A stretch of DNA of 63,326 bases, filler included, from Bonamia ostreae (GCA_040357525.1; 44 parts of 44 records of this genome joined end to end with filler, not necessarily neighbours in it), one strand, 5' to 3'. Positions 50,745 to 63,117 are shown, counted from the whole stretch's first letter. Notes: a model not told the origin generated them from the letters alone. Translations and numbers: made by a program.

Positions 50745-51130
50745 GGGATGATGAAAACAATTGTTGTAGCCTTCAACTTGGTGTTTAGAAACATCGACAA
50801 TATTTCCTCTACTAATGATATTCGTTTTCACTCATATGTGGATTCGATGTATCCCAGTTAACTTGAAAAAAATGACATCACAGAGTTCTCGCATTATCCG
50901 TCGGACGACACTCGCCCCACAGGGTTCACCCCCCTTGAGAGCTCCTGCATCGGCCTACGGATAACTTCATTTACCTGAGAACAGAGACTCTCGGTGGATG
51001 TGATTTGTGAACAGATGGTGCATACTACACCTAGGCATCTGAGATCACTTCTAGTGTTACCAGGGGTATAAATTTGCCCCTTTCTCAATCTCATTTTCTG
51101 TTTTTGTATAGGATTTATGAGATCAATGTG
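50745..51130 (+). mobile_element. Degraded retroelement remnant (Penelope-like RT piece plus associated repeat)
   Basis: FNLVFRNIDNISSTNDIRFHSYVDSMYPS*LEKND is a decayed FRYIDD...YP.ELE RT motif. Confidence 0.55.
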
Positions 51131-51187
51131 CCCCCTTCTTCATAAAATAGATGTAGTTTTATGAAGATTTGTGTTTATTATTTACAG

Positions 51188-51544
51188 GGAATGTTGTGTA
51201 TAATCTTTATTATCTCCTTTGTCTCTGATGGGAATGCGTTTTACGTCCCCAGACCAGGGCCCCTTCAAAATGAATCCTATGACACCACGCTCGAAACGGC
51301 TGTCCACAAGAGTCTCTCAACAAATATCGATGCTGACGTTGTCAGTCAAGGAACCAGATCAGTTGGTACAACCGATGCCTTCAAAAGTCAGGACGCTGAT
51401 CCTAGCTTATCCCTGGTTACTGGGTCAGGAGACGCACCAGGTGTTACAGTGTCTGGTGGATTAGAGGATGACACCAAAGACGCAGGAATCAATAGTCAAT
51501 TTATGAATGATATTAACTGCCCTCTTGGTTATTGGTGCCGTTAA
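51188..51544 (+). CDS. Putative secreted precursor protein, terminal exon
   Basis: A tttacag acceptor, then signal-like MLCIIFIISFVSDGNA, an acidic spacer and C-terminal CPLGYWCR*. Confidence 0.55.
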   Translation, partial: GMLCIIFIISFVSDGNAFYVPRPGPLQNESYDTTLETAVHKSLSTNIDADVVSQGTRSVGTTDAFKSQDADPSLSLVTGSGDAPGVTVSGGLEDDTKDAGINSQFMNDINCPLGYWCR

Positions 51545-52297
51545 TGGAGGTCGAGTGACTGTTAAATTACTAAAATAAGTACATGTAATTGTCATGTATC
51601 ACGCAATTATTGCATATTTGATTTAGTGTTATAAAATGCATAATTGATATATCAAATTCTTAATTGTTGTATATGTCGATAAACAGTACGCCATAGATTA
51701 ATTTCCTATAAAATGATATCAATCGCTTCTATCTATCGCTTATCTGATCAAAATCGTGGAAAGTCTTAGAAATCATTGCATTAGTTAACAATTTGGAAAA
51801 CAGCAGATTATATGTGAATCACTTCTACATCACGTGTTTCAGTCATAATTAGTTACCGATTGTTAGACCGTTCTTNNNNNNNNNNNNNNNNNNNNNNNNN
51901 NNNNNNNNNNNNNNNNNNNTTAATTAATTAANNNNNNNNNNNNNNNNNNNNNNNNNNNNNNNNNNNNNNNNNNNNAAATGCTAAGACGACATATCTTTCT
52001 TCGAAAACGAAGCGTCAAAATGTCCAAATCAAAAAGTCGAGATTTGAAAAAATAATTAATTTTGACAAAAGGGATCGATTGTTGTTTGATATTCTTGCAC
52101 GTTGATGCCATATCCGACATGCGCTGGGTCAACCATTAAATCTAAAAAAATTAAATCTCTCAACTTTCTTTTCAATTTACTTTTTAAATGTTTTCGAAGA
52201 TTTGTCGATTGAATTTTATCCACTAAAAATTTTGAAAATTGCTTTTTCGAAATATCTTTTTGTACAAAATGAAAAATGGCTTTAATAGTTTACTCGC

Positions 52298-52830
52298 TCA
52301 AAACTTTGCAAGCACCGCTAAAACAATAAAAATCGGTACTAGTGCCAAGGAAAGGTACAAGTTGAAGCTGTTGGACACATTGAATGATTTGTTTATGCTT
52401 TTTTTGAAGTAAAGGTCGTACAAGATAGGCAAAACTACCGACGATATTGCGAGGCAAGCGTACAAAATAATAAATAGATACTTCAAAATTTTGCTGAAAC
52501 ATAAGAGCAATCCCTTTATAATGGCCAATGCTACCAATGCAAAAATCATGATGCTCATGAGAGCCAACAAAATCTTGTTTCCTTCCTCAAACTAAATATT
52601 GTTTTATAAACTTTGGGGCAAGCTCCAATGCAAAAAGGACTGTTTTTGCCGTAAGAAGAAATTCCTGACAAGTCGAACTTTGCTGTTGACGTGGAATATC
52701 CTCGAATTCCAAGGTGAAAAGAATTGTTGTTGGCGACAGCGACGAGCCAGTTAGGATTGAAGATGAGAACGAGAAGGATGAGCGTAGCGCCCGTGGTCAA
52801 TACAAAATTAATTATTGAGAATAAAATCAT
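52298..52830 (-). CDS. Four-TM claudin/amastin-like membrane protein
   Basis: A 20-nt intron at 52592-52611 joins TM1-PNW...LGI...C-x3-C loop to three further hydrophobic helices. Confidence 0.6.
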
Positions 52831-53066
52831 TTTTGTTTTAGCGATAAAATGGACAAACCAGAAAAACAAATGATTTTATGATTGTTTTTTAAAATCAACA
52901 ATTTTTATGCTTAATTTTGTTTCTTTTAGTTTAGAAAATTTGTCTCTGCATTTTTTAAAACATGCTTGGACATTTTTTAATATAATTAAATGTCATTGAG
53001 ACGATATTTTTTGTATTTTAATGTGGTTTAATCCACTTTTTTAAAATCGAACAAATATAAAAAAAT

Positions 53067-53273
53067 TCATCTTTTTTTATTGAAAGAAAAAGGTTGATTT
53101 CTTTGGTAAAATAGAATATAAGCTGGTTGATTCAAAACTTTCTCTATATCGATTCTTGTTATTTTTTCGTCATCTAACTTGTACCAAACTCCGTTTGGTC
53201 CTTTTACAGACGATATGTAATGCCCCGTGTTTATAGAAGGACCCAAATGAGAAACTATTGCGTAAAGTGTGTA
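53067..53273 (-). CDS. Ubiquitin-specific protease (C19), terminal exon with His box
   Basis: YTLYAIVSHLGPSINTGHYISSVKGPNGVWYKLDDEKI...AYILFY. Absent from the ORF track. Confidence 0.92.
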   Translation of the reverse strand, partial: YTLYAIVSHLGPSINTGHYISSVKGPNGVWYKLDDEKITRIDIEKVLNQPAYILFYQRNQPFSFNKKR

Positions 53274-53407
53274 CTATTTTTATTAATTTCTTAACTTTAT
53301 AAATTAANNNNNNNNNNNNNNNNNNNNNNNNNNNNNNNNNNNNNNNNNNNNTTAATTAATTAANNNNNNNNNNNNNNNNNNNNNNNNNNNNNNNNNNNNN
53401 NNNNNNN

Positions 53408-54561
53408 AAAATTGTCTCAGCATACTTTCATAATCATTATTCTCTGTTTCGACTATTTCGCAGTCAACAAAAACTATTTTTAAACCCAAATTTCTGTAAA
53501 TAACAAGAATGGCGTTTTTTCCAATATTTTGATTGATAAGTTTGTTTTTTGTTTGAACAATTTCATAAAAGTGCTCCCACAAATTTTTTAGTACAATATC
53601 TAAAACAATTCCACTAAAAATTGAATTAATTGAAAGTATCTCCAGTAATGGATATCCTTTCACCTTTTTTTCTAAATATTGCTGTTTTGTTTTTGATGCT
53701 GCTAATGTGTATTTTGGATGTCTTTCAGTAACTTAGAATTTTAACAATTGTTTGAATATTAATTGGAATAGCCATTGTATTTTAACTGGGAACAGCCACT
53801 AACTTAGAACAATTAAATTAGTATTAAAAAAGGCATTTTTATAAAAATTGTTTCGGTCCGGTATCAATAAACAAATTTAAAACCGTAAAATGCCTGCATT
53901 TTTTTGCTATATTCAACAAATTCTTTTTCTACTGGATTTGCTGATATCATTGCCTCGTCAAGGTTATCTGATACATCAATGTCTCCCGTTGTGTCTGTTA
54001 ATTTATCTATTTCTCTTGCAGATGTTAGACTCTTTTGTTCTTTTTTAATTATTTTGTCATCTAGTGTTTCTGTTTTAGTATCTTCATCTGATTTTTCGTA
54101 TTCGTCAATTTTTTTCAGATATTTGTTCCTTTTTTTACACATTCTGTGTCGCAAATATTCAGATTTCTGTTCTGTTTTAGGTTCTTTTTGCACAATTTCG
54201 CGTCTTTTTATATTTTTAGGTTTGGCACCTTCGTTTCCAAAGTCTTTATACGAAGTATCGTAAGATGACAACAACGGAAGTTCATCTTCTTTGTTTTTAT
54301 CAATTGTTTCTGATGAACTACTTGAAACTAATTCACTCGAATCTACTGGATTAGCAGCATAGAAATCATTCTCAGTGAAATCTTTTTCTTGAATATCATT
54401 ATCGGAACAATCTCTGAAATCTACAAATTCTGACAAAAATTGAGCATCTTTATTATTTGTATCTCAGAACGAAAACCTTTGCTGTCATCAGAATTAGTAT
54501 TTTCTGTGTCTTCAAAAGTAAAACTTTTCGACTTATTTCTTTTTATATTTTTTAGGGGCAT
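53408..54561 (-). CDS. Hypothetical acidic/charged protein, 5' exons
   Basis: MPLKNIKR... joins the 190-codon ORF through the intron gttttcgttctgagatacaaataataaag. No family recognised. Confidence 0.5.
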
Positions 54562-55104
54562 TTTAATTATTATTTTAATTTTTATAAAAATTTTATATAA
54601 TAAGGTCAAATTTGTAAAATGAAAAATTATTTCTTTCGTTTAGTAATTCTTCAAATGAATTTATGATAAGAAATTAACTAAATTTAGAATTACATTTTAA
54701 TAGTAAGAATATAACACAAGAACAAATTAAAGTTCACACNNNNNNNNNNNNNNNNNNNNNNNNNNNNNNNNNNNNNNNNNNNNTTAATTAATTAANNNNN
54801 NNNNNNNNNNNNNNNNNNNNNNNNNNNNNNNNNNNNNNNTGTTTAACATGAAAAAAGTTGCACGGAACTTCGGTGTAATTTGTAAACGCTATACCACTGA
54901 TGAACGTTGTATCATTAGAAGGAGACTGCGTTGTGTGAAGAAGTGATATCATTATGGTTAGAATAAGCATTTTCAGAAACAGTGCCTTACAATGCAGATC
55001 CTTAATTGTTTGTAATAGGAAACATCTGAAAGATGAGTTCTTGTACTAATATATCATGAAACTACTTATAACTATCGAGCTTCTGTTCATTATGATAATT
55101 TCAG

Positions 55105-55806
55105 ATCCCTAAGAAACCTTTGATACTTGATATTAAGTCGGATTCCGTGAAGTTAACATGGCCATGCAACCACAGGGATGTTGAGTGTTTTGAAATCAGA
55201 TATAGATCCCCATCAGGCCTAGAAAAATATAAGACGCATCGCACGAATGGTAACGAAAATATTACAACAGTCACTGGTCTGAAAGGAAGCACTGCCTATG
55301 TTTTCCAAGTGAGATGTGTCTGGGAAGAAAAGGAAGGAGATTATAGCGAACAAAGCAACGAAGTGTCTACAGGAGATTCACTAGCTTCAAGACTTTTAGC
55401 TGATGCTGTTCAATTAAATGAAGAAAAACCCTCAAAATATCAACTTTGTCCTCGGATATTGACAAGGAATGAAGAGAAAAAAATAAAACAAGTTCAATTA
55501 GGTAAACATTTGAAACGTTAATCAAAAATCAAATGCATAGTTAAAATATGTTTAAGGAATTTGAAAACATCAACATTTATAGCACATGAATACTTGTAAA
55601 CATGCTAGTATATCAAACTACCTACAGGGTCGGAAATGGGTATATCTGTCAAAGAAAAGACGATCATGCTTATTGGCGCCACAGGATCTGGAAAAAGTAC
55701 CCTTGTTGACGGAATGATAAATTACGTTACAGGAGTAAATTTTGATGACCCTTACAGATTCTCATTATTGCAGCTGGAGAAAGAGGAACAAAAGACAAAT
55801 AATCAG
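55105..55806 (+). CDS. FN3 + septin/AIG1-like P-loop GTPase, two exons (55105-55501, 55628-55806)
   Basis: FN3 (SVKLTW...VTGLKGSTAYVFQVR) spliced in phase to KTIMLIGATGSGKSTLVDGMINY. Confidence 0.85.
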
Positions 55807-56271
55807 GTTAGTTTGCGGTGTTCATAACATCCGTCGTTACTAGACACCAGCATAAAGTTACTCTAATGCAAAGGCTACATATAATAATTTGATGGAACAA
55901 AATTTGAAATAGATTCAAATTATGAAACATATATCCATCAGATATTAAATGGGCAAAAATGTATCTTGCCACTACTTTCTAAATGGCTTTGTGCAGAATA
56001 TCCTAAATATAGATGTAATTCAATTGAAATTCGCATTATAGATACAAATATTATTAAAAACTCACTGCATCACTTTCAATTTCAATCCGGTTTCTATACA
56101 GTCAGTTTTTGGAGCCAGCTATGTGGAAAAAAATTAATTGAGGAAGGCAACTGACAAATAAGTCTATGGTANNNNNNNNNNNNNNNNNNNNNNNNNNNNN
56201 NNNNNNNNNNNNNNNTTAATTAATTAANNNNNNNNNNNNNNNNNNNNNNNNNNNNNNNNNNNNNNNNNNNN

Positions 56272-56390
56272 CTTGCACAACATTTTTTGCGACATTTCTT
56301 TGCCATTTAATCAAATTTGGCAAATCTTGCACAACATTTTTTGCGACATTTCTTTGCCATTTAATCAAATTTTGGTAAAATTTGCACTAA
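56272..56390. repeat. ~54-bp tandem duplication, probably intronic
   Basis: cttgcacaacattttttgcgacatttctttgccatttaatcaaattt occurs twice in tandem. Confidence 0.8.
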
Positions 56391-56401
56391 GTTTATTGCG
56401 A

Positions 56402-57372
56402 TTATAGAAACAAGCAAATTTTGGCGAATTTTTGATCATTAAAGATATCGCTAGTTTTCATTCCAGAAGGGGTTAGCTTTGAAGTTGGCAACAAGAACGA
56501 AACGAGTTTAAACACTTGTTGCACTGCATAACCAGGGATGATTTTTGGAGCGATTTTGATCATCGGCGAAATAAAAACGATCCCATCAAAATTGTGTTTT
56601 TTGGCCAAAATGTTAATCGCAACCGCTCCGCCCATCGATACAGACAACAAGTACTTTTTACAATCGCGGTAGTCTTCTGAGATTTTGTTGTACACTTTTT
56701 CGAAATAGTCGGTATATTTATCGAATTTGGGTATGAAGCCGTGGAGACCATCGCTGAGACCGTGGCCAAAACCGTCCATTGCGTAAACGGTGTAGTTGTG
56801 ACTACAAAAACTTTTGGAGACGACACTGTTGGCAAAAGAAACGGAGCTGGCGTATCCGTGTATATAGAATAGAACTGCTTTTGGGCATTTGTTAAGTTTT
56901 TTGATCTCGAATTTCTTTTAATTTTAAAATTAATTTTTTTTTATTTTTCGGCGCTTTTTCAAATTTTTCAATTTTATTAAAAAACGCGTATTTTTGTAAT
57001 TTTCAAAAATTGCAAAAATTATCAGTAAAGATAAATGAATAACGGCAATTTATAAATTTCGTAAACCTTTTTATTTGAGTTTTCTAACATTGTCGTAACC
57101 TCAACGCCGCCCAATTTCGACATTTCCTGTAACTAAAATGTTAACGTTGTAACCGGGTCCACAAAATCACCCTCCACGTGCTCCCATTGTTGCAAATAAA
57201 ATGTCAGATCGGAATCCAACTCGATTCGATGTTGGATCAAACTGATGTTTGGGGCGCCGAACTGCATCGAAGGAATCATTGGATTATAAATCGAATGTCC
57301 ATATTTCCTAAATTGAGGATGGTCATCATACACTTTCCTTCTTTGCTCACCTGTATTAACTTTCAAAGGCAT
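56402..57372 (-). CDS. Alpha/beta-hydrolase, monoacylglycerol lipase/lysophospholipase-like, 5' part
   Basis: Motifs PKAVLFYIHGY, YAMDGFGHGLSDGLHGFI, SVSMGGAVA and GIVFISPM. The first exon begins at 57372. Some junctions are unresolved. Confidence 0.85.
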
Positions 57373-59585
57373 TTTAAAATAATATAATTCGGTTTGTTTT
57401 GGGCAGTTTAACAGATTTGTAATAATTAAAACGGACGAACTTTGAAAAACTACAGATTTTGTAAAAACAAATTTGGAGAAAAGGAAATTGTGGTTTTAAC
57501 TGGGAAACATGTATATTTAATTTGTTTAAAAAAATCCTCTCATAAGAATGGAATCGTCACGCTTTTTTTTTTAATTTTGGTCCTTCGTCAACCGATTTTT
57601 TAANNNNNNNNNNNNNNNNNNNNNNNNNNNNNNNNNNNNNNNNNNNNTTAATTAATTAANNNNNNNNNNNNNNNNNNNNNNNNNNNNNNNNNNNNNNNNN
57701 NNNGACGATATAAACACTTCAGTGGGATGCAGCCGTACCGATTTATTATGCAAGATACACGGAGTTCAGTCTACTGAGTGTATTCAATATTATGATATTA
57801 GGTGTTTCATCCAAAAGCACCACAGGTTGATGAACACATATGTCTTCATTGCTAATGGATTGTCAACGTTAATGATATAATGGGTACATGTCAAGATAAA
57901 GGACAGACACCTAAGATCATTAGTACGAGAACTAAGCATTTATCTACGATGGTTAAGAAACTTGAATATAATATATCCGCATGTTATGCATAAAAAGCTC
58001 CCAGTGCAAATATAAAAAGTAGAATATAAAAACATTCAGTAATTGTAGTCAATAAATCATAAACTTACCAGAATCCATGGTATCGTGTAAGCCAAAACAC
58101 ATCGACGGTTGTTTAAGGTAATTTATTCTATGTTTTTGTTATCAATTTGAATTACATTCGAGAGAACACATGAATAATGAAAATCTAGATACAAATACGT
58201 CTTTGTGTCGATTGATAAAGGTGAATCTTTTCAACTTTGTACTCTGTTATCAGTGAGATACAGCCGTACTGATTTATTATGCAGGATACACGGAGGTCAG
58301 TCTACTGAGTGTATTCAAATAAATGTGTTGTGGATTTTTATACAGGTATCAAGGGGGACTTTGAAGGGTGTTTGGATTGAGATGTCACGTACATGACAAA
58401 ACATATAAATGTATTTGTAACACTGAAGATTTGGAAAACTCTTAAAACGTTTTTCAATTGTTTTGCACCGTGTTATCGTTTGTTTTCTCTCGGTTAGCAC
58501 AGCCGAGAGAAGAGAAAAAAACCCGATAACACGGCCCAGAATATTATATTTACCATAGTCACGCAATGTCAATCAGCAATCATAATATGATTCCGCTACG
58601 CCTCATACTAATTCTGGGTGTGACTGGTATAGGGATATGCACCGAGTCGTTACATTTCATCACCGGAAGTACCTGTTTACTCTATTCCACTCTGTGTTTA
58701 AATATGGCTAAATACGTCTTTTCGAGTTTTATGGCAGTTTTTAAAGTATCATCTTGGTATTCTCTTTCTAATAGGGAATAATTATGTGTCATTTCAAATC
58801 ATTATTGCCGATTTAACGGTCGAATTAGCGCAGCCGGTAATACGAATGTTTATGACCATTAAATCAGAATCGGTGGTTGGAAATAACAAACAAGATAGTT
58901 ATAATTCCCAGTTTAATACCATTTTGCATTATACTTGATATTTGCGCCTTTTTTGTCAAGTTTTAATAATATACAGTTCTTTCTTGATAGTGAGGGAGAT
59001 ATGAAGATTTAGTCACTTAAGTAAAATCATATTTNNNNNNNNNNNNNNNNNNNNNNNNNNNNNNNNNNNNNNNNNNNNTTAATTAATTAANNNNNNNNNN
59101 NNNNNNNNNNNNNNNNNNNNNNNNNNNNNNNNNNTAGATGGTATGAGTCCAAGATGTATAATTGTGACAATCCAAATGTAATGACTACAGTATTAGAACC
59201 AACATGCTTATGATGAAGTTCATTGCAATTATGATTTAATTCAGTTCATCACTGATGGATTTGAATTATAACGTTTAGTTTTTTAGTAAGAATTTTGTGG
59301 TTTGTTAACACTCAGGGATTTTTTGGGATTGAGACTCAGTTGTATGTCTAATATCCGAAGATTACGTCGTCTCCTTGTTTGTAATTAGATATACTTTTGC
59401 ATTCGTCAGACGAAAAGGTACAATAAGGTACAGTTGATATGTAAATGATGTCATTGAATAGTTTGAGGAGTTAAAGGTCTATATAATAAATTCTGGTAAA
59501 AAATGTTCTCATCAAGCAAGAAATAATAAATGTTGCATGATTGAATATATCGTTAAATACAGAAGATTGCTTTTTTACATTTTAG

Positions 59586-60211
59586 GACCAGTACGTGTTT
59601 TTGTATCATGCGCTACATGTGTACTTCAAGCAGAAAGGGAAACTAATCCAAAAAGAAGAGTTTTGCAGGCTGTTTGGAGGAATGGAGACACAGGAAATAC
59701 GAAAATCCCTTACAGATGAATTCAACGTATGACAATACTGATATATTTTCTCACAACAAAATAAGTATATGTGACTATATATGTAGGTGTACTCTGTGAA
59801 ATCCAATATGAGGACTAAAGAAGTATTATGTAAGTTGTATCATAATTGCCTGAACGCTATCAATGATGATGCAATGTACTATCATAATGCTATTTCATAT
59901 TCAACTAGATTCTATAATGAGCCTTTATATGGATTTAACTATTTTGCAGGAGCTGAAAAGTTTAAAACCTAATTATATTGACAAGGATTTCAAAACTGGA
60001 AAGGCGCATCCAAAACTTAATATGACCAAATCGGTTTTACCAGGTATTTATAAGAAAAAGATAAATTATTCCTTGAATAGATACAAGAGCAAAATAATAG
60101 TGTACTTCCTTACGTATTGTATTTCTTTATTATGCAGTTGAGCAATACCTGGTGTATTTAACTTCCAATGTTCGGGGCCGAGACACCTACTACAATGCAG
60201 TGACTGTTTCG
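59586..60211 (+). CDS. Receptor-type protein tyrosine phosphatase, D1-D2 junction, three exons (59586-59726, 59950-60043, 60138-60211)
   Basis: DQYVFLYHAL (Q-loop helix), then ...LNMTKSVLP|VEQYLVYLTS...TYYNAV. Splice phases are compatible. Confidence 0.85.
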
Positions 60212-60565
60212 GTATGTATCGATTATAGGTCATTAAAAATATTACATAAGAATGATGAACATTCCGTGGTGAGGACCCATATAAACAGCATTCGTGATTT
60301 CTTCTGTAACAGTTAGAACAGTTGACGTCAACATGCAATGGATCAATGTTAATTCAGCGCAAAATGAAAAGATATATCGCCACACGGGTGGAATCGTATT
60401 TTTCAGTGCGGATGCCCTTGAAAAGATAGGTTTGGAATTCTAATTTCAGGGTTGATTTGCAATCCNNNNNNNNNNNNNNNNNNNNNNNNNNNNNNNNNNN
60501 NNNNNNNNNTTAATTAATTAANNNNNNNNNNNNNNNNNNNNNNNNNNNNNNNNNNNNNNNNNNNN

Positions 60566-61166
60566 CTTTTTTCCATTTCGAGTTCACTGAATTCGCCCGA
60601 CCTTCGAAACCGCTCAAATTCAGCCATTTTTTTCTCGTTGTATTGAGATGTTTTGTGGTCAAGTTCCTTTAAGTAAATTATTTCGAACCTCCTTTTTTAC
60701 GTCTGAAAATTGTTTATATTCTTCAGACAGCTTTTTCATCGTGCTCTTGCTCAAATTCTCGCTCACAAAATAACCGTAGCGGCTCGTTTTCTTAAACTTC
60801 AATTTGTTTTCTTTTTGAAATTTGGCTTTTTCTTTTGATTTTTTAAATTATCAAAATTTTGTTTTTCTTTACATAGAAAAATTTAAAATTTTGGTCTCGA
60901 AAACCAAGTACTTTGATGAACTCATCCAAAAATTCCGCGTAATTATTGCTTTTTTTGTAATCTTCAATTTTGCTTTTGAACATTTCCATGTCCTCTTTAA
61001 ACTGGTGATCCAATTCTGGAGTGACATTTGTTATATCCTTTTTTAAACGAGGATTTAACGGCTTTTTGGGCCGTAGATTGTCTACAAGTTTGGGCAGTCC
61101 TTTCCGTTTTTTGACCACTCTGAACCTTTGCGTTGAGCAAAAAAGTCTCTTTGAAAAGGAAATCAT
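60566..61166 (-). CDS. Hypothetical protein with mitochondrial-presequence-like N-terminus, 5' part
   Basis: MISFSKRLFCSTQRFRVV is basic and free of acidic residues. Confidence 0.45.
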
Positions 61167-61277
61167 AAATTCGTTATTTAGTTTAAGATTTTGAATTATA
61201 ATAAGTTCGAAATCATAGAATTATAAAAATTTTTGAATAAAATGGCGATTTGATTGCATTTTCAATGTGTGATTTAA

Positions 61278-61735
61278 CTACATTTGCGAAGGATTGTATC
61301 GTGCGAGACTGTCATTCGCCATCAGCGCCAAAATTTCTATTTCCGCCTTTCCAAAAATTTCGGGATCACTTGATCCTTCCTGAATCGCCTTTTCGATCTC
61401 GTTTACTACTCTGTCGCTTAGATTTACCTTCAAAAAGCAAATCGTCTCGGTTAAAAATAGCGTTTAACAAATCTCATTTTGTAAATGTGGTCAAAAATAA
61501 CTTGAAACTCTGATTCAATCGAAACAAATTTGTAAAAAATGGCGATCGATATTTCTTTTCGGCCATATTCATTGCTAGCTTTGGTAGATTTTTTGTATTG
61601 AACGACAGATTCATAAAATTCGAGATTCTCCACCGAATATTCTTGCAACAAATGTTGTCTGAACTTTTGTTTTTCTGTTTTGTCGCTTAATATTTTTTTC
61701 AGTTTCTCGATCGGGTTAAGTTTAGACGCTCTCAA
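61278..61735 (-). CDS. RGS-domain protein, 3' part
   Basis: FRQHLLQEYSVENLEFY...KFVSIESEFQ|VNLS...IFGKAEIEILALMANDSLARY, with an intron at 61428-61501. Confidence 0.88.
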
Positions 61736-61996
61736 TTGCCTTAAATTTTGGAACTAGTTATTTTTTGCAGATTGGTATTTTATCATCACCAATTTCAAAA
61801 TTTTACAGCCAAAAATCTATTTCCATTTATACAGTTCGTCATATTTTAATATGCTGTAATTTGACATTTTTGCCAAATAGAGGCAATTATTGCGTTNNNN
61901 NNNNNNNNNNNNNNNNNNNNNNNNNNNNNNNNNNNNNNNNTTAATTAATTAANNNNNNNNNNNNNNNNNNNNNNNNNNNNNNNNNNNNNNNNNNNN

Positions 61997-62176
61997 ACCA
62001 AAGCATTCCCAAACAAAAAGAGAAGCAATTTTCCCGGTATTTTCGTTGGCTTCAAAAACCTCCAAATACTTTCCTCTCACAACAATAAATTCTTCCGCTT
62101 CCGCTCCAGAAAAATTTCCGTAAACGGCGTGTGTAATCGCTTGCGATTTTTGCAATGTTAGATTGTACAAATGCAT
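61997..62176 (-). CDS. SF3B3: Splicing factor 3B subunit 3 (SAP130/Rse1), N-terminus
   Basis: MHLYNLTLQKSQAITHAVYGNFSG...IVVRGKYLE...TGK...FG. Confidence 0.93.
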
Positions 62177-62294
62177 TCGAGATCTTGTGCTAAGTTTTCA
62201 ATTTAGCAATTATTAACGTTTTTGAATAAAATAATAAAGCTTTTTTGTAAAAAAGGAATTTAGCTTTTAATAAAATCGCAAAAATAAAAATTAT

Positions 62295-63117
62295 TTATTT
62301 TGGCGTATTCAAATTTCTTCGAATTTCGTCGTATTTGGACATTGTTTCTTTAAAATTAAAATTCAAATTTTTGTTTTTCGATTTTTGCTTTTTAAGATTT
62401 TTCAGTCTTTTTATCGCCATCAAATTTTCTGTTATTTTCGAGATTTTTTCGTTTAATCTCAAATGCGAATCTTTTCGGAAAATTTTAGCGAATAACAAAA
62501 ATTGCAAAAGATTAAATTTACAAAAACCAAAACCAGAAAATTTTTCATGATCAGCAAATAGAACGCCATTTTTATTTTCTGCAAAATTTTTTTGTATGTT
62601 TTCTGCGTATTCTTTTGTTGACAGTCGCAATTTTTCAAATTTTCGTTTCTTCGCTTTTATTAAAAAACATCGAATAAAATTTGTTCGTTTTTGTTTTCAA
62701 ACGGCGTCGTTCTATCAGAAAAATCATCGTTTTTCGACATTAACGTGAAATGGAAAAATCTTATCTTTGGTTTAAAAACGCTTTTTTTGCCATTAATATG
62801 AATATTCTTATTGGTTCGTGCAAGTTTTCTTTTTCAAATATTTCCATCGTTGTTTTTATAAATTTCCAATCTAAATTTTTTAATTTTGACAATTTTCTCG
62901 AAAATTAAAAACTAAATGGCAGTTCTATTTTGACATAATCGTTTCTAATCGAATGTTGTGTTGCATAAATGACGTATAAAATAAAAATGATGATCATTTT
63001 TTGTTTTGTTTCTTTGCAACTTTTCCATTTCTCTGTTAAAATAGATTTTAAACGAATAAGTTTTTTAAAAATGTCGCCGTAAAAAGAAGAAGGAAGTTCT
63101 TTGTTTTTCCTCAACAA
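62295..63117 (-). CDS. Hypothetical multi-exon Lys-rich protein, 3' part
   Basis: Co-directional ORF pieces ending about 120 nt before the SF3B3 ATG. Confidence 0.35.
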
